Below, in pieces: positions 35,901-47,449 of a stretch of 64,000 nt of DNA (positions within the stretch are counted from its first letter, which is position 1; each line of letters starts with the position of its first letter). The position numbers were made by a program, and so were the translations under genes. The stretch comes from Psammoneis japonica. Taxonomy: Eukaryota. The notes beneath the pieces were generated by a model, which was not told where the DNA came from, ran no database searches, and saw only the letters and a program-made list of their open reading frames with translations. The stretch covers positions 124,001 through 188,000 of the forward strand of contig QPGO01000009.1 in the NCBI GenBank assembly GCA_008632985.1, written 5' to 3'.

Positions 35901-38900
35901 CTCCCAAACCTGCAACACTTGAAGGGACAAATTGTGGTCTGCACCTTCTTGATGCAACCGTTGAAAGCTGCTGCACAATCCCAGCCAACTGCACAGAAAA
36001 GTGGTGGTCAAAGCAAATGACAATGCACAACCAGCACCTTTGGACACAGCAAAATGGCACAATGTGGCCACATGCCAGTCACAGTGCATTGTGCACTTTG
36101 CACAATGGCAGTGTCATCATGCCTGCTCCATCACTTCATGTCATCCTGCCTTGTTGCAACATCCCACAACCTGCCAGGCACCAAGATCACACCAGCCACA
36201 GAATGCTGAGAAATTCATGGCTCTGTGGAACTCTGTGCATTTCCAGTGCAACCCAACAATGCTGAGCTCAGAACTCAGCTCCACATTGGAGGTTTGCTCA
36301 CAACTCTGACAATTGACTCAAGAGAAAGCAACGCCATTGCAAAATGCCAGCGTTTGCTTGTGCTTGTCTTGTTTGTCATGGCACTTGCTGTCATTGTCAT
36401 GGGGTCTGGAGCATTTGCCAATCTGCTCACCCCCAGCAGCTGCCTTGACCACATTTTGATGTGTGCTGTGAGCGTGAGCACACTTTTTGGTTGCCTTTTT
36501 TCCACTCACCACACTCTTGCCTTTTTGCACACAGACAGAGCTGACACATTTTTGTCTTGGTTGTGGGCAAGAAAAGTGGGCACATTTCAAGGAAACATGA
36601 GAGAGTGCAAGAGTGGTTTCAGGCTCATCTTGGTTGTTTGAGATGTTCCAGACAAGGCATGCACTGGCTGTGGTTTTGGGGGTTGGAGCAAGACATTCTG
36701 AAAGAAAGCACAGTGTGGTGGCACAAGGAGGCCACCCATTGGGGCTTGAGCAGAGGCGGGGCTCAGTGTTTGAACAATGTCAGGACAAGCAACAACCTCT
36801 CTTGCCAATTGTGCTCACACACCAAAGCAGTGGCAAAACTTGTGCATGACTTGCCACAGGTGTGGAAGCTGGGTTGCTCATGGGGGCATGGATGGACACA
36901 GTGCTCACCAGTGCTGCAACCCAAGATGGCTTCTTGTCAATGATCTGGGCTCAAAGCAGCAAAGCAAACTCATCTGCCATCCACAGGCATGGCAAGTTAG
37001 ATTGTGGGGCCACCTGTTGGGGCACTGGCAGATGTGAGAGCTTGAGCACCTCTTGGTCATCATTTTCTCACACAGCCATGAAGCAGAGTGTCGCAACAAC
37101 CAACAACTTGCGCACATGTTCACTGTTTGTAAGAAGAATGAATTGGGGCACTGGCCATGGATGGACAGGGCAGCCAGCCTCCACCACCAACACAGTCAAA
37201 AAGCAGCGGTGCAATGCTGACCAGCAGCCTTGCCAAGGAGAGCATTGTGTCAGTTTAGAGTTGCCCAGTGGGCCTGTCTGTGTGGTGGCATCAAAGCAGA
37301 GACAAAAACTTGCCAAGTGTCTCCACATGTTCCACCAACAAGTCCTTCAGAGAAGGTGTTTGTGACAACATCATCTCACCAGCAACTGTGCCAGGCCATT
37401 TGAGGGCCAGTGGCACTTGGCATTTTGATGGCTCAACTGGTTCAAGAGCACCACAATCTTTTGCAGAGCCACACTTTCTCCACTGTTGTGATGACAACCC
37501 CTGTTTGTTGCTGCTTCCAACATTTTTGTTCACTTTGCAGCTCCAGAATTCAGGCTCACAGTGTGGTGAGGGACAGGGCAACTTCAGACATCAAGTTGTT
37601 GAAATGGACAGATGACATTGATGAAAGAGATTTCAAAGGTGATGCTCCATCTCAGACTCACATTGTTGTGGTGCACTGTGCATTGCTTTGGAAGCAAGCT
37701 CATTGAAACAGCAGCACTTTTAAAATCTGGGAATGGCTGCTGTGACATTGACAAAAAGAGCGGCAAGCATTTGCAGAGAGCAACAAATTTGCAAAGCTCC
37801 TGTGAAAAAATGGGGAAATGTGCACCATGCCTCTTTGTGAGACAAGAGTGAAAAAGCACATCTCATGCAAAAGGAGCAGAAAAACAGTGTTCCTGAAGTG
37901 CCTGCTTGCAGCTGTGTGCCATGCCCCCCATTTCCAGCTGGCACTTTGCACATGCTGGCCTTTCCAGTTGACTTTTTCTGCCATGCCAAGTGTCTGGACC
38001 ATCTCGCACAAATGGAGTCTGTCCTGAGTGCTGATGCTGTGAGAGGGTTGTTCACTGTGAGACTTGCTGCTCATCATTTTGCAAATTGTGGCCAAGCTGG
38101 AAACCGAGGCAAACCCCGCTCAACAATGCTCTAGCCAAATGGGACCTGAGCCAACTTTTTTGACTCATTGATGCCAAATCACATGCCAAGACAGTGAGCA
38201 CAGCATGCAGTGCAAGCACTGTTGTCAGCAAAAAGAGCTCTGGACAACAACACAGAGCTTGTGTTGTGATGTGCTGTTCCAGCATGACCACTTCATCCTC
38301 CAGTGTGGACAGCTCCACTTGCCCAATGTGAAAAGCTTGGCTTCATCTCTTGCAGTCAACAAAGTGCTGCTTGACAATTCCCAAGACATCTGCATTTTGC
38401 CAAAAAGGAGTGGATGCTTTGCACATGGCTCATTTTGCATTTGCACATCACCAACAAAAGAAGAAATGTTGAAAGCCCTCAAAGAAAAGGCGTTGGAGGC
38501 CTTGCAAAGAGCGGCAGCACACAAACCAAAAGAGCAGCAAGGCAAGTCTTGGTGAGAAAGTTGGGAGGAGCAGGCATGCTGGGTGCAGGGCTGGGAGGAG
38601 CCAAAGGTGCTGAGACTTCAATGGAAAGGAGGTGGCGTGTTGATGGTGCACTGGGAGGTGTGGAGCTGGAGATGAGTTGGGTGCTGACACTGGCGGGACA
38701 TCTCAAGTGATGGCCAGGGAGAGCTGGAGGGCTTGAGGAAGAAGTGTCACCAGCATTGGTGCAGACCAGCAAGGGGGGCGAGAGTCTTGATGATGGCACA
38801 AATGGTGTCACAAGCAGCGCAGCTGGAAAGGGGGGCCTTGTGCATCTTGGGTGTGCAAAAGTGTGGTTGCCAAATGTGGTGGGGATGCAGAGCTTGTGGA

Positions 38901-39290
38901 GAAGGAGGGCAAGTTCAGAGGAGGAGAGATGATCACAGGGGTGGGAGTGGGAGTGAAGGCAGAGAGGCTGGCTGGCAAGAGGGGAGAGTGGAGAAGGAAG
39001 GGCCAGTTGAAGATCCAGGTGCTGGAGGAGATGGGGGGGAGTGGCTTGTTTGTGACAGCACTTTGTGCAAGGCCTTGGAGGTTCTGGTCAGAAACAGCAG
39101 CACACAAGAAGTCAAAGGTGGGAGAGTCCAGTTGGAAGAGGGCTGGGGTGATGAGTCAGAAGATGAAGCAGAAATGGAGGGAGAGGCAAAAGTTGGACCA
39201 GGGAGCAAGGGCATCAGTGCAGCAGGGAGAAGATTTGGTCACTGATTCATTGTCAACAACCAAGACAAGAAAGTGAAATCCGTGCATGTG
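33000..39290 (-). mobile_element. Highly degraded repeat, possibly a non-LTR retrotransposon
   Basis: TA/CG-depleted. The only recognisable motif is minus-strand GQGSCWG near 36430-36452, similar to the GQGS motif of the LINE at 49.1 kb. Confidence 0.3.
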
Positions 39291-39737
39291 TTTGTGTCAG
39301 GCTGATGTCTGATGCATTGTGCACTGATTGGCAATGCAGTGGCACCCTGCCTCTGCTGCGGCAGGCTGAAGGGAACGCCCTGCAGCCTCTAGAGAGAGCA
39401 GCTGGCCCAGCGGCAGTGTGGGACTCAAAAGACTCTCTCTCTCTCTCTCGATTAGAGCAGCACTTCTAGCTAGCTGCTCTAGCTTTTGCGACTTCAACAC
39501 ATAAAAGAGGCAAAGAACTCGACGAGGAGCAACTTGCCAGTGTCCGGCCGTGCCATGTGGCCGTGCAAGTCGTGCAGGGCATTGCTTTTGAAACACTGCA
39601 CTGCCCGAAGTACATGCATGATGGGAAACCGAACCAGGCAAAATCTGTTGATGAAATATTGTGCAGTTGCCTTACGTATTTACTATGCATGTGGATGCTG
39701 GATACCATCTCGATGCGCCTTTCCATCTCGGGCTTGT

Positions 39738-41300
39738 TCATTTCTTCTTGTGCTTTTTGCCCTTCTTTCCCTTGTTGTTCCTCTTTTTGGAAGTGGCGGC
39801 AACTTGCACTGCAGCACTCTCGGTACGCGCAAGACTCTTTCCGCTCTTCTTCTTGGAGCTATGAGACGGGGACGACGCCGGTGCCTTGGCAACAGCTTGC
39901 TCGGACTTCTTCCTTTGCTTCTTGGCACTCTCGGCAGTCGCAGGAGTACTCTCGGACTTGCTGGAGCTACTCTCCTTGGAGCTACGAGACGGGGACGACG
40001 CCGGTGCCTTGGCATCAGATTGCTCTGACTTCTTCCTTCGCTTCTTCTTGGCACTCCCGGCAGTCGCAGGAGTAGTCTCGGACTTGCTGGAGCTACTCTT
40101 CTTGGAGCTATGAGACGGGGACGACGCCGGTGCGGACTTCTTCCTTCGCTTTTTCTTGGCACTCTCGGCAGTCGCAGGAGTAGTCTCGGAATTGTTTTTC
40201 CGTTTCTTGCCTCTCGCTGCTGGTTTGGAGCTTACAGCAGTGGGTGTTTTCGCCTTGCGCTTCTTCTCTACAATCAACATTGGTTTGATCGGCTTTCCCT
40301 CCGGCACCATGAATGCGTGAAACCAATCAATCAAGCATCTCTCCTGGTACGCCGTAAAGCGGTAACGGTTGAGAGGTTCATCAGATCGAAATCGCCTGTA
40401 GAATGCAAGCATCATGGCTTGCTCCTCTTCCAGAGTGAACCCCTCCTCATTGAGGGGTTTATTCTTCTTCTTAGAGCGGTGCTTTTTCGCAGGAGGTGGC
40501 GAATCGTCGCTATCGCTGTCACTCGCGCTACTGCCACTCGAGCTACTGTCTCTGTCATTTGACGTCTCTTCTTCTTCCTGCTCCTCTTCCTGTACAACTG
40601 GAGGGGCAAGTCTCTTGCGCGACCCATTCTTGTTGGAAGACTTGTCAGTGCTGGTGGTAGTGGACGCCGGAAGGGCCTTCGCGACAGACGCTTTGGCCGC
40701 AGAAGACTTTCGTGACTTGTTGATCGACGTGACAGTGCTGTAATGAATTGTCATGCAATCCCTGCCTTCCTTTGGCGGAGAAACTACCACGGTGCGAAAG
40801 CTGGTGCCTTTACCGTGTTGTTGGTGTGGCCAAAAGACTCCAGTGTCAGTGCGCACCCAAACAACAACACGATCACTAACCCTGTTAATCGAACCATAAA
40901 AGTCAGAAAATGGATTCATGACGCCAAGAGTGGGCACTTCGGTCGCATTCACGGTGGATTCCGCCACAGTCAAGGCGACGCAAAAGGATTTGGTGATCTT
41001 TGAAGATGTTCCACTACCCTTGACGACTATAGTGGTTTGCAAACCCGCTCCGTAGTTGAGACACACAGACGATCGATCGCCCTGCTTCATCTCCGCTTCA
41101 GCCCGAGAATGTAAGCGGTATAGCCAGCTCCCGATCTCCTCGACAATATGACGAGTCCAGCCGGCAACCGACATTCCATCGTTTAGAACCAAGCTGGAGA
41201 GCACATTTCCCGTGTTGCGCCACTCGTCTTGCTCGGCCTCCGTTGGCATCAATCGGAACGTAACAAGGACTGCAGGGTTCTTTTCTTCGGCCGTCGCCAT
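39738..41300 (-). CDS. Hypothetical protein (~520 aa) with acidic/Ser tract and repetitive Lys/Ser/Ala-rich C-terminal tail
   Basis: Long intact ORF from MATAEEK (ATG at 41300), normal dinucleotide content, several KKKRRKK NLS-like clusters. Confidence 0.7.
   Translation of the reverse strand: MATAEEKNPAVLVTFRLMPTEAEQDEWRNTGNVLSSLVLNDGMSVAGWTRHIVEEIGSWLYRLHSRAEAEMKQGDRSSVCLNYGAGLQTTIVVKGSGTSSKITKSFCVALTVAESTVNATEVPTLGVMNPFSDFYGSINRVSDRVVVWVRTDTGVFWPHQQHGKGTSFRTVVVSPPKEGRDCMTIHYSTVTSINKSRKSSAAKASVAKALPASTTTSTDKSSNKNGSRKRLAPPVVQEEEQEEEETSNDRDSSSSGSSASDSDSDDSPPPAKKHRSKKKNKPLNEEGFTLEEEQAMMLAFYRRFRSDEPLNRYRFTAYQERCLIDWFHAFMVPEGKPIKPMLIVEKKRKAKTPTAVSSKPAARGKKRKNNSETTPATAESAKKKRRKKSAPASSPSHSSKKSSSSKSETTPATAGSAKKKRRKKSEQSDAKAPASSPSRSSKESSSSKSESTPATAESAKKQRKKSEQAVAKAPASSPSHSSKKKSGKSLARTESAAVQVAATSKKRNNKGKKGKKHKKK
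39810..40190 (-). repeat. About three coding tandem repeats of ~99-120 bp
   Basis: Repeated GGCACTC.CGGCAGTCGCAGGAGTA..CTCGGA and GAGACGGGGACGACGCCGGTGC, encoding SETTPATAESAKK..RKKS..APASSPSHSSKK. Confidence 0.9.
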
Positions 41301-44300
41301 GATGAGTTGGTGATTGCTATTTGAAAGATAAAGCAAGCACGAAATGGTGTGAGAATGAGGGCAAACCCAAAACACGACAAAATACCGTGTACGCGTTGAG
41401 CTCGTGTATTTAGCCGTGTTAGACAGGCACAACGATTTCTCCGTACTGGGTACGGCACGGCTCCCACGTACAAACAGTAGGAGGAAAACACGTGGATTCC
41501 TTCTCCGCTGTGACAGAAGCCACCCCCGCCTCTTTGCTTGATGTGGCAACGCTCCTTCTCGAAGCATGGCAATCAATAGAACGACAAGCATCAATCGAAT
41601 TAAGCAACTTACATGCTGATCAAGGGGAGGGGACGAGGACGTGTGCTAGTAGGGCTAGTAGTGCGCTTCAACTGTGTTCTGGTTGGGATTGTGCGTTGTG
41701 CGTTGTGCCCCTGAAGTAAGAAGAGCGAGGGAAGACAAGAATTTTTGTTGTGACGCACGAAAGGAAGTTCCTCTGCCGTAGGAATCATCCCTACGTATTA
41801 CCGGTATACGTAGAGCTCGTATCTTTTTCTTTTCTGACTATCTTACCGTGGCCCTACTGTACAGTACTGTAACATGTACGTGCTGTATGTACCGGTAAAA
41901 AGTAGGCCCTTGTCTGTGCCGCCCGTACTGTAGGGCGAAAGGAAATTCCGCACCGTTGCAGGCAACGTCGCGCGGCACGGCCGGCACTGCTGCTCGCGCA
42001 CACCGCCTGTTCCAAGCATCACACAATGGCACTGCCGTGTGTTTTCAGCACTCTGGCCGAAGACAACAACTCTCTTGAATGACCTGGCAGTGCTGCAAAG
42101 GGCACTTGAGTGACAAAAAAGAGTTGTGGCAGCCCACCTGTGTGTGGAGCACCCTCCCTGTGTGCTGGCGGCCCCATGAAAAAGCTCTCACTGCCCAGCG
42201 CCAGCTGGCAGTGCTTTTTTGTGCCTCTTTCCTCCTCTTCTCCATTTGGGCACAAAGAGGGGGGCCTCTCGCTTCTCTCAAAAGCAACCCTGCTGAGAGC
42301 CCTCTCAAGCTCCTTCTTCTGTTGCCTGCAAAAGAGCACCATCTCTTTTGGCAAGTTGCGGCTGCTCTCACACTTTTGTCATTTTGCACCAAACACAAAA
42401 GGCTTGCTGCTGCACTGTGCTGCTGCTCTCCTTGCCCCAGCTGGCTGGGAGTCATGGGCCAGCATTGCAAGAAAAGTTTCTCTTGTTTGCTTGCTCCAAC
42501 TTGTGCCCAAAAATGACATGTCTGTCAAGTTGCAGGAGAAACACTTGGTTTTCACAAGAGAGGGCAGGGTCAGCCAAACCAGCCTCTGTGCTGGGTGCAG
42601 GCTGGTGCAGCACAGCCAAGAAAGTGGCTGTTTTTTGGGCAAGAAGCATTCAGAGAGCTGCTGATGTGTCTGGCAGGTGCAAATCTGTGGCAGCCACCTG
42701 CCACAAACTTGTGCTTGTGTTTCTGCACATGCTCTTGTGCTGATGCTGCCCTTTTCAGACAGCGTTTTGCCAGGTCCCCCAACACCCTTTTGGCCACTTC
42801 TGCCATTGGCGTGCCCTCATTTTAGCATGATGCACAATGATTTTCAGCGGAAAATGACTGGCATCGGCGCCTTGTGGTTGGCGTGCTTGTTGTCTCATTT
42901 GATGATTTTTTGCAAACTCAGTGGCGCACTTTCTGCACAGGATCTGGTGCAAATTCCACGCACTTCAGAAACACCCGCCAATGATCATGACATCTTTAAT
43001 GCAACCATCTTCCATCAATGCTCGTCAGCCCACAACAACTTTTTTTCTCCCGCCAGCTGCTCAAGTCCTTCACCTCATGTGGCAAAAGCTCTGCCTCTGC
43101 TGCAGCATTTGCGAGCAGTTGCTCAGTTGGACCACTGGCGCCAGCACTTGATGACCACACATTTGCTGCACGGACCAGCTTTCCTTTGCAAGATTCGGTG
43201 TCAAATCTGCACGAAAATGACATTTTTCTGATGTCCTTCTCATCATGTCTCATCAAGGCTCCCCATTTCACACCTGCAAGTCCTGAGCACCACCCCATCC
43301 TTTCCCTGCTGGCCTGCCAACCTTGCTGCTCTGAGCAGCAAATGGCTCAACTTATTTCTGGTGTGCGCAAATGTGAAACTCGACTCATCCTTGGAAGCAA
43401 GGTTTTTCTTTCAGAGTTTGTGCTGACTTTGTGTTCACCAACAACATGTGGGCTCTCCCTCTGCTGCCATCTTCAATCTGTGCTGCATGGCCAGCAAGCA
43501 GCAGTGCTCTGTGGGTTGCTTGTTTTCCTTGTGGTGTGTTTGAATGTGCCAGCATCCACAAAAGTGGCTGTGTTGGCAGAGGCTCCACACAGTTTGGAGC
43601 ATTTTCTGCCAAATGGCTGATGCCAGCCATTGATGTCAGAGCTTTGTGGCTTGCCAATTGGTGCACATTTGGTCTTGCCATCTCCCAACTCACCATTTGG
43701 CTTGCAAACACATCAGCGGATTGTCGGTGGGGTGCAGAAGCTAAAAAGTGAGCACAAAACCCACAACTCAATCCAAGTTCTGAGTGCAAACTTGCTGCAT
43801 TGTCCACAATTGTGGGTGTGTCTTGCACTGCAACTCTTTCTGTTTGTCCTGCAAAAACTGCCTCCAACCCTGACCCAACACTCTCAGAAGGAGTTGGCAC
43901 ATTGCAGTGCTGCCACAGATGTGCATGCTCCATTGCAGCAAGCAAGCATGCAGGTGAACTCAACAGAAGAACAAAAACCTCAGACAGGCACAAGCTGCAG
44001 CACCAGAGGTGCGATGGGCATCCCGTTTGAGTTTCTTGCCATGACTTGAGAACACTCAGCAGCACTGCCACACCCCGCTCTTTCAACACTCTTGCAAGCT
44101 TCTTTCTTCTTTGCCACTCCTTCAAGCCTGTGACCAACAGCCTTTGCACATTGCCCCGCAATCATGTCAAATGCCTTTGCCTTCTGTGTCTTGCAGATTG
44201 CACTCTGCCTCACACAGCTGCTGCACTTCTTGCCCCAGCTTGCTTTGTCCTTCTCCAACACGGTGTCTCCCGATGGATGGTCTGGCTTTCCTGGCACAGA

Positions 44301-44899
44301 CGCAACCTGTTTGATGGGCAGACAGACGAATTGCCATGACCGCCCTGCCTGCCCACCACCCGCCCATCCAGAGTTCTTTTTTTTATCACGGCACAACCAT
44401 GGGCCAATCCGACACGCAAATCTGCCCAACACCACTCAAGCTTGCGACAACAAACACGGGGAATGTTTGTTTCATCAAGCAACATCCAGTTTGGGCCACT
44501 TGCAATGGGCTCAGACTCCTCTTGCATCAACGAGTTTTTTCATCTCGTGCAGCTGCTCACTCACGGCCCAACCCATCACCTTCACTTGATGACTCATGTC
44601 TCTCTTTCCAACATGATCAAGCAGCCTGTCACCACTGGCACACTGAGAGGAGAAAGTGTTGCAATTTGCACATCCATTCCACCATGCAAGATTCTCATTG
44701 ATCCCACTGTGGCCAGGCAAGTCCATTTGCATCATGGTTGCTCTGGCTTCTCTGTGACAAGAAGCACAGAACACAGAATGAGATGGGGATGCAGGAAGAA
44801 TGGATGCAACACAGGGGGGTTCTGTGAAACCTGGAGTGCGCCACTTCACTTGTGTGCGTCATCCGTCAGCATGATGATGAGAAGAGGGATGGAATGTGA

Positions 44900-45120
44900 C
44901 AGCTGGCATTCGACACATGCAGGGCACCCAGTGTTTGACAGCTGGCAGCCAGTGTTCGACAGCCACTGGTGGCATTCGATGCAACAGGGGAGCTGGCATT
45001 CGATGCCATGGGGTGGATGGCATTTGATGCCACAGGGCAGCTGGCATTCGAAAGCCAGAGCACTGGCATTCAACATGATGCAACAGCTGGTGTCAGACAG
45101 CCACTGGCGGCATTTGATGT
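44900..45120. repeat. Degenerate ~24-bp tandem repeat
   Basis: Recurrent TGGCATT(C/T)GATGC.. units, four to five consecutive at ~44968-45075. Confidence 0.7.
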
Positions 45121-46595
45121 GACACGATGGACTGCATCCAATGCAGTGCAGCAGCCAGTGTTTGACAACCAGTGTCCAATGTGACACAACAGCCAGAGTT
45201 CCCCAACGGCTTCCTGGATGACTTCTTAGATTTGCAACAGAAGCTGAGGGGATGCAATCAAAAACGCAACACTGCATGTCACATGACTTCACACAATGTT
45301 GACAGCACCTGCCACAACAACAAAACACTCAGTCGCTCTTCTCAATGCAACAAACAAACAACATGAGCCGTGAAAGCCAGTGGATGAAGCCAAATCAATG
45401 AAGCACAAACAACACTGCCAATGTCATTTGATCAAAAACCACACACTGCACACATGAAATGACTTTGTGCGACAATGACAATGCTTGCCATGGCAACAAA
45501 CATTCAAGCACACTCTTCTTGATGCAGCAAACAAACAGGACAGCCAACTTGTAAAGCCAAATCAATGAAGTGACATTGAAAACAGCCAACAACGGACGCA
45601 AAAATTGAATCCAATGCACTCAAAATTGCCTGCAGGTTGCGATGGCACACAAGAGTTCCCAACAAGGTGCCCACATGCCACATCTTTCATGTTGTTGTTG
45701 CTTGCACTGCCACTTCCACAACATGGCCTTCTTTTGCTTGCACACCACAGATGCAAGGGTGGAGCCGCACACCTTTGCAATGGTTCCTCTGAGGATCTTG
45801 CTTGCATTGTGGGAGATGATGCCGTGGGCAATTCTTCTGTCATCACTGCAAGAGGTGGAGGAAGGAGAGGTCAAACAAAAGCACCAGTGCTGATGGGCTC
45901 CTTTTGACGGCAATGGACACACACGTCTTTGAGTGGGATGTGATGGGTCGAGACGCAATGGGAGCTGAACAGGAAAAAATGGGCAAGTGCAGATGATTCC
46001 TGAGCCCGTGAAAAGCACACAATGAAGGAAGCGACTTGCCAAACATGAATTTCTTAGTCTCCACAGCATTGTCAAGAGTGCAAGTGGTGTCTGGGAGAGT
46101 CAGCATCTTGTTGAACAGCGGCAACATGAAAAGAGGATGTCGCATGTCGCCAGCAGCCATGGCTCTGCAGTGGCAAAAAAATTCTGGCTCTGGAGGGTGT
46201 CACAGCAATTCAGCATCCAGGTTCCGTCTGTGCTCTTCTGCCTTGGAGACCAGGAGATGCCAGCACCTGCATTTCTGGCCTGGACATTCTTCTGACACAC
46301 TCGCTGATCTTCTTCATGGTTTCCTTGCATCCATCTGCATGTTGTCCGGACTCAGCAATGGTGTCACATGCTCACTCCTTTGTTTCTTTCATGCTTCTGC
46401 ACTCAGCTGTGTCCTTGCCAATTTTTTCCAGGACTCACACTGGAGCTCCACAGCTCGCCGACAGGCACACACTCTGTCTTGCCAACCCCAACATGACCTT
46501 GCCATGCCCTCTTCCAGCAGACCCTCAAGATGTTGTTTCTTTGCCCTTGTCCAACTGGCTTGTTTGCTGCAAACTGCTGAGACAAGGCACACCTT

Positions 46596-46712
46596 TGGAT
46601 TTCTGTTGACCTCCCAGCCTTTGGACTCCTGTTGACTTCCCAGCCCTCATCTGCAGATTCCTCTCAACTTCCCAGCCCTTGTTCTGTGGATTCCTCTCAA
46701 CTTCCCAGCCCA
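46596..46712. repeat. Four degenerate 25-33-bp tandem units
   Basis: Repeated GATTCCTCTCAACTTCCCAGCCC-like unit. Confidence 0.7.
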
Positions 46713-47449
46713 CAAATGATGCCACTCCTTTGAGCATCATGCCACGACTGTTGGCCTCTGTGTTGGAGCTTCCTGGCTCACTGACTGTGGTGTGCACTCA
46801 GTTTTGCCATCTCCCAACTCGCCGTGTGGCTTGCAAACACATCAGCGGATGTCACCAGTTGTTGCCATTGCCATGTCAACCAGGCATGATTTGCACTGAA
46901 ACATTGTCTGTCTGTCCTGCAAAAGCCACCTCTGATGCCAATGTTCCAACAATTGAATTTTGCCATTGTCACTCAGAACCTGTTGTCAATGTGTCTGTCA
47001 TGCAGACCATGTCATTGTTGCCAAACCAGGGCTTGATTGAGAACAAAAGAAAGTTGCAAAGGGGAGGCACAGCATCCAATGATTTCCAGCGGTGCCACAG
47101 GCCTTGAAGGATCTTGCATCTCTGCAGCTCGTTGGCCGGACAGTGGCGGACATGGTCTGGTCTTTTCTGTGGGACACTCACAACTCAAACAGCAATGCCT
47201 GAGTGGGTTGCATTGGCTGATGATCTCTTTTGCATGGAGCAGTTTGTGCATGAGTTTGATGGTGGGTGTGTGGCACTTGAAGTTCTGATGGATCAAGATG
47301 ACAGGGTGTGCCTGCCAGCTGATCATGTCTGCAACCCCTCTTCCATCCATGGGCTCTGCTCACAAGTGCAGGCAAGTGTTGTGGCCTTGACTCCCAACCC
47401 GACATCACCGTCAGACAGCAAGAGGCATGCCTGGCAATTTGGGGAGGGA

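Noticed and set aside
41301..41594. N-terminal extension of the 618-aa ORF
   Set aside because: It starts at a non-ATG codon and reads like UTR or promoter; MATAEEK at 41300 is the more plausible start.
44900..45120. CRISPR-like array
   Set aside because: Degenerate tandem units without unique spacers, in a eukaryotic context with no cas genes.
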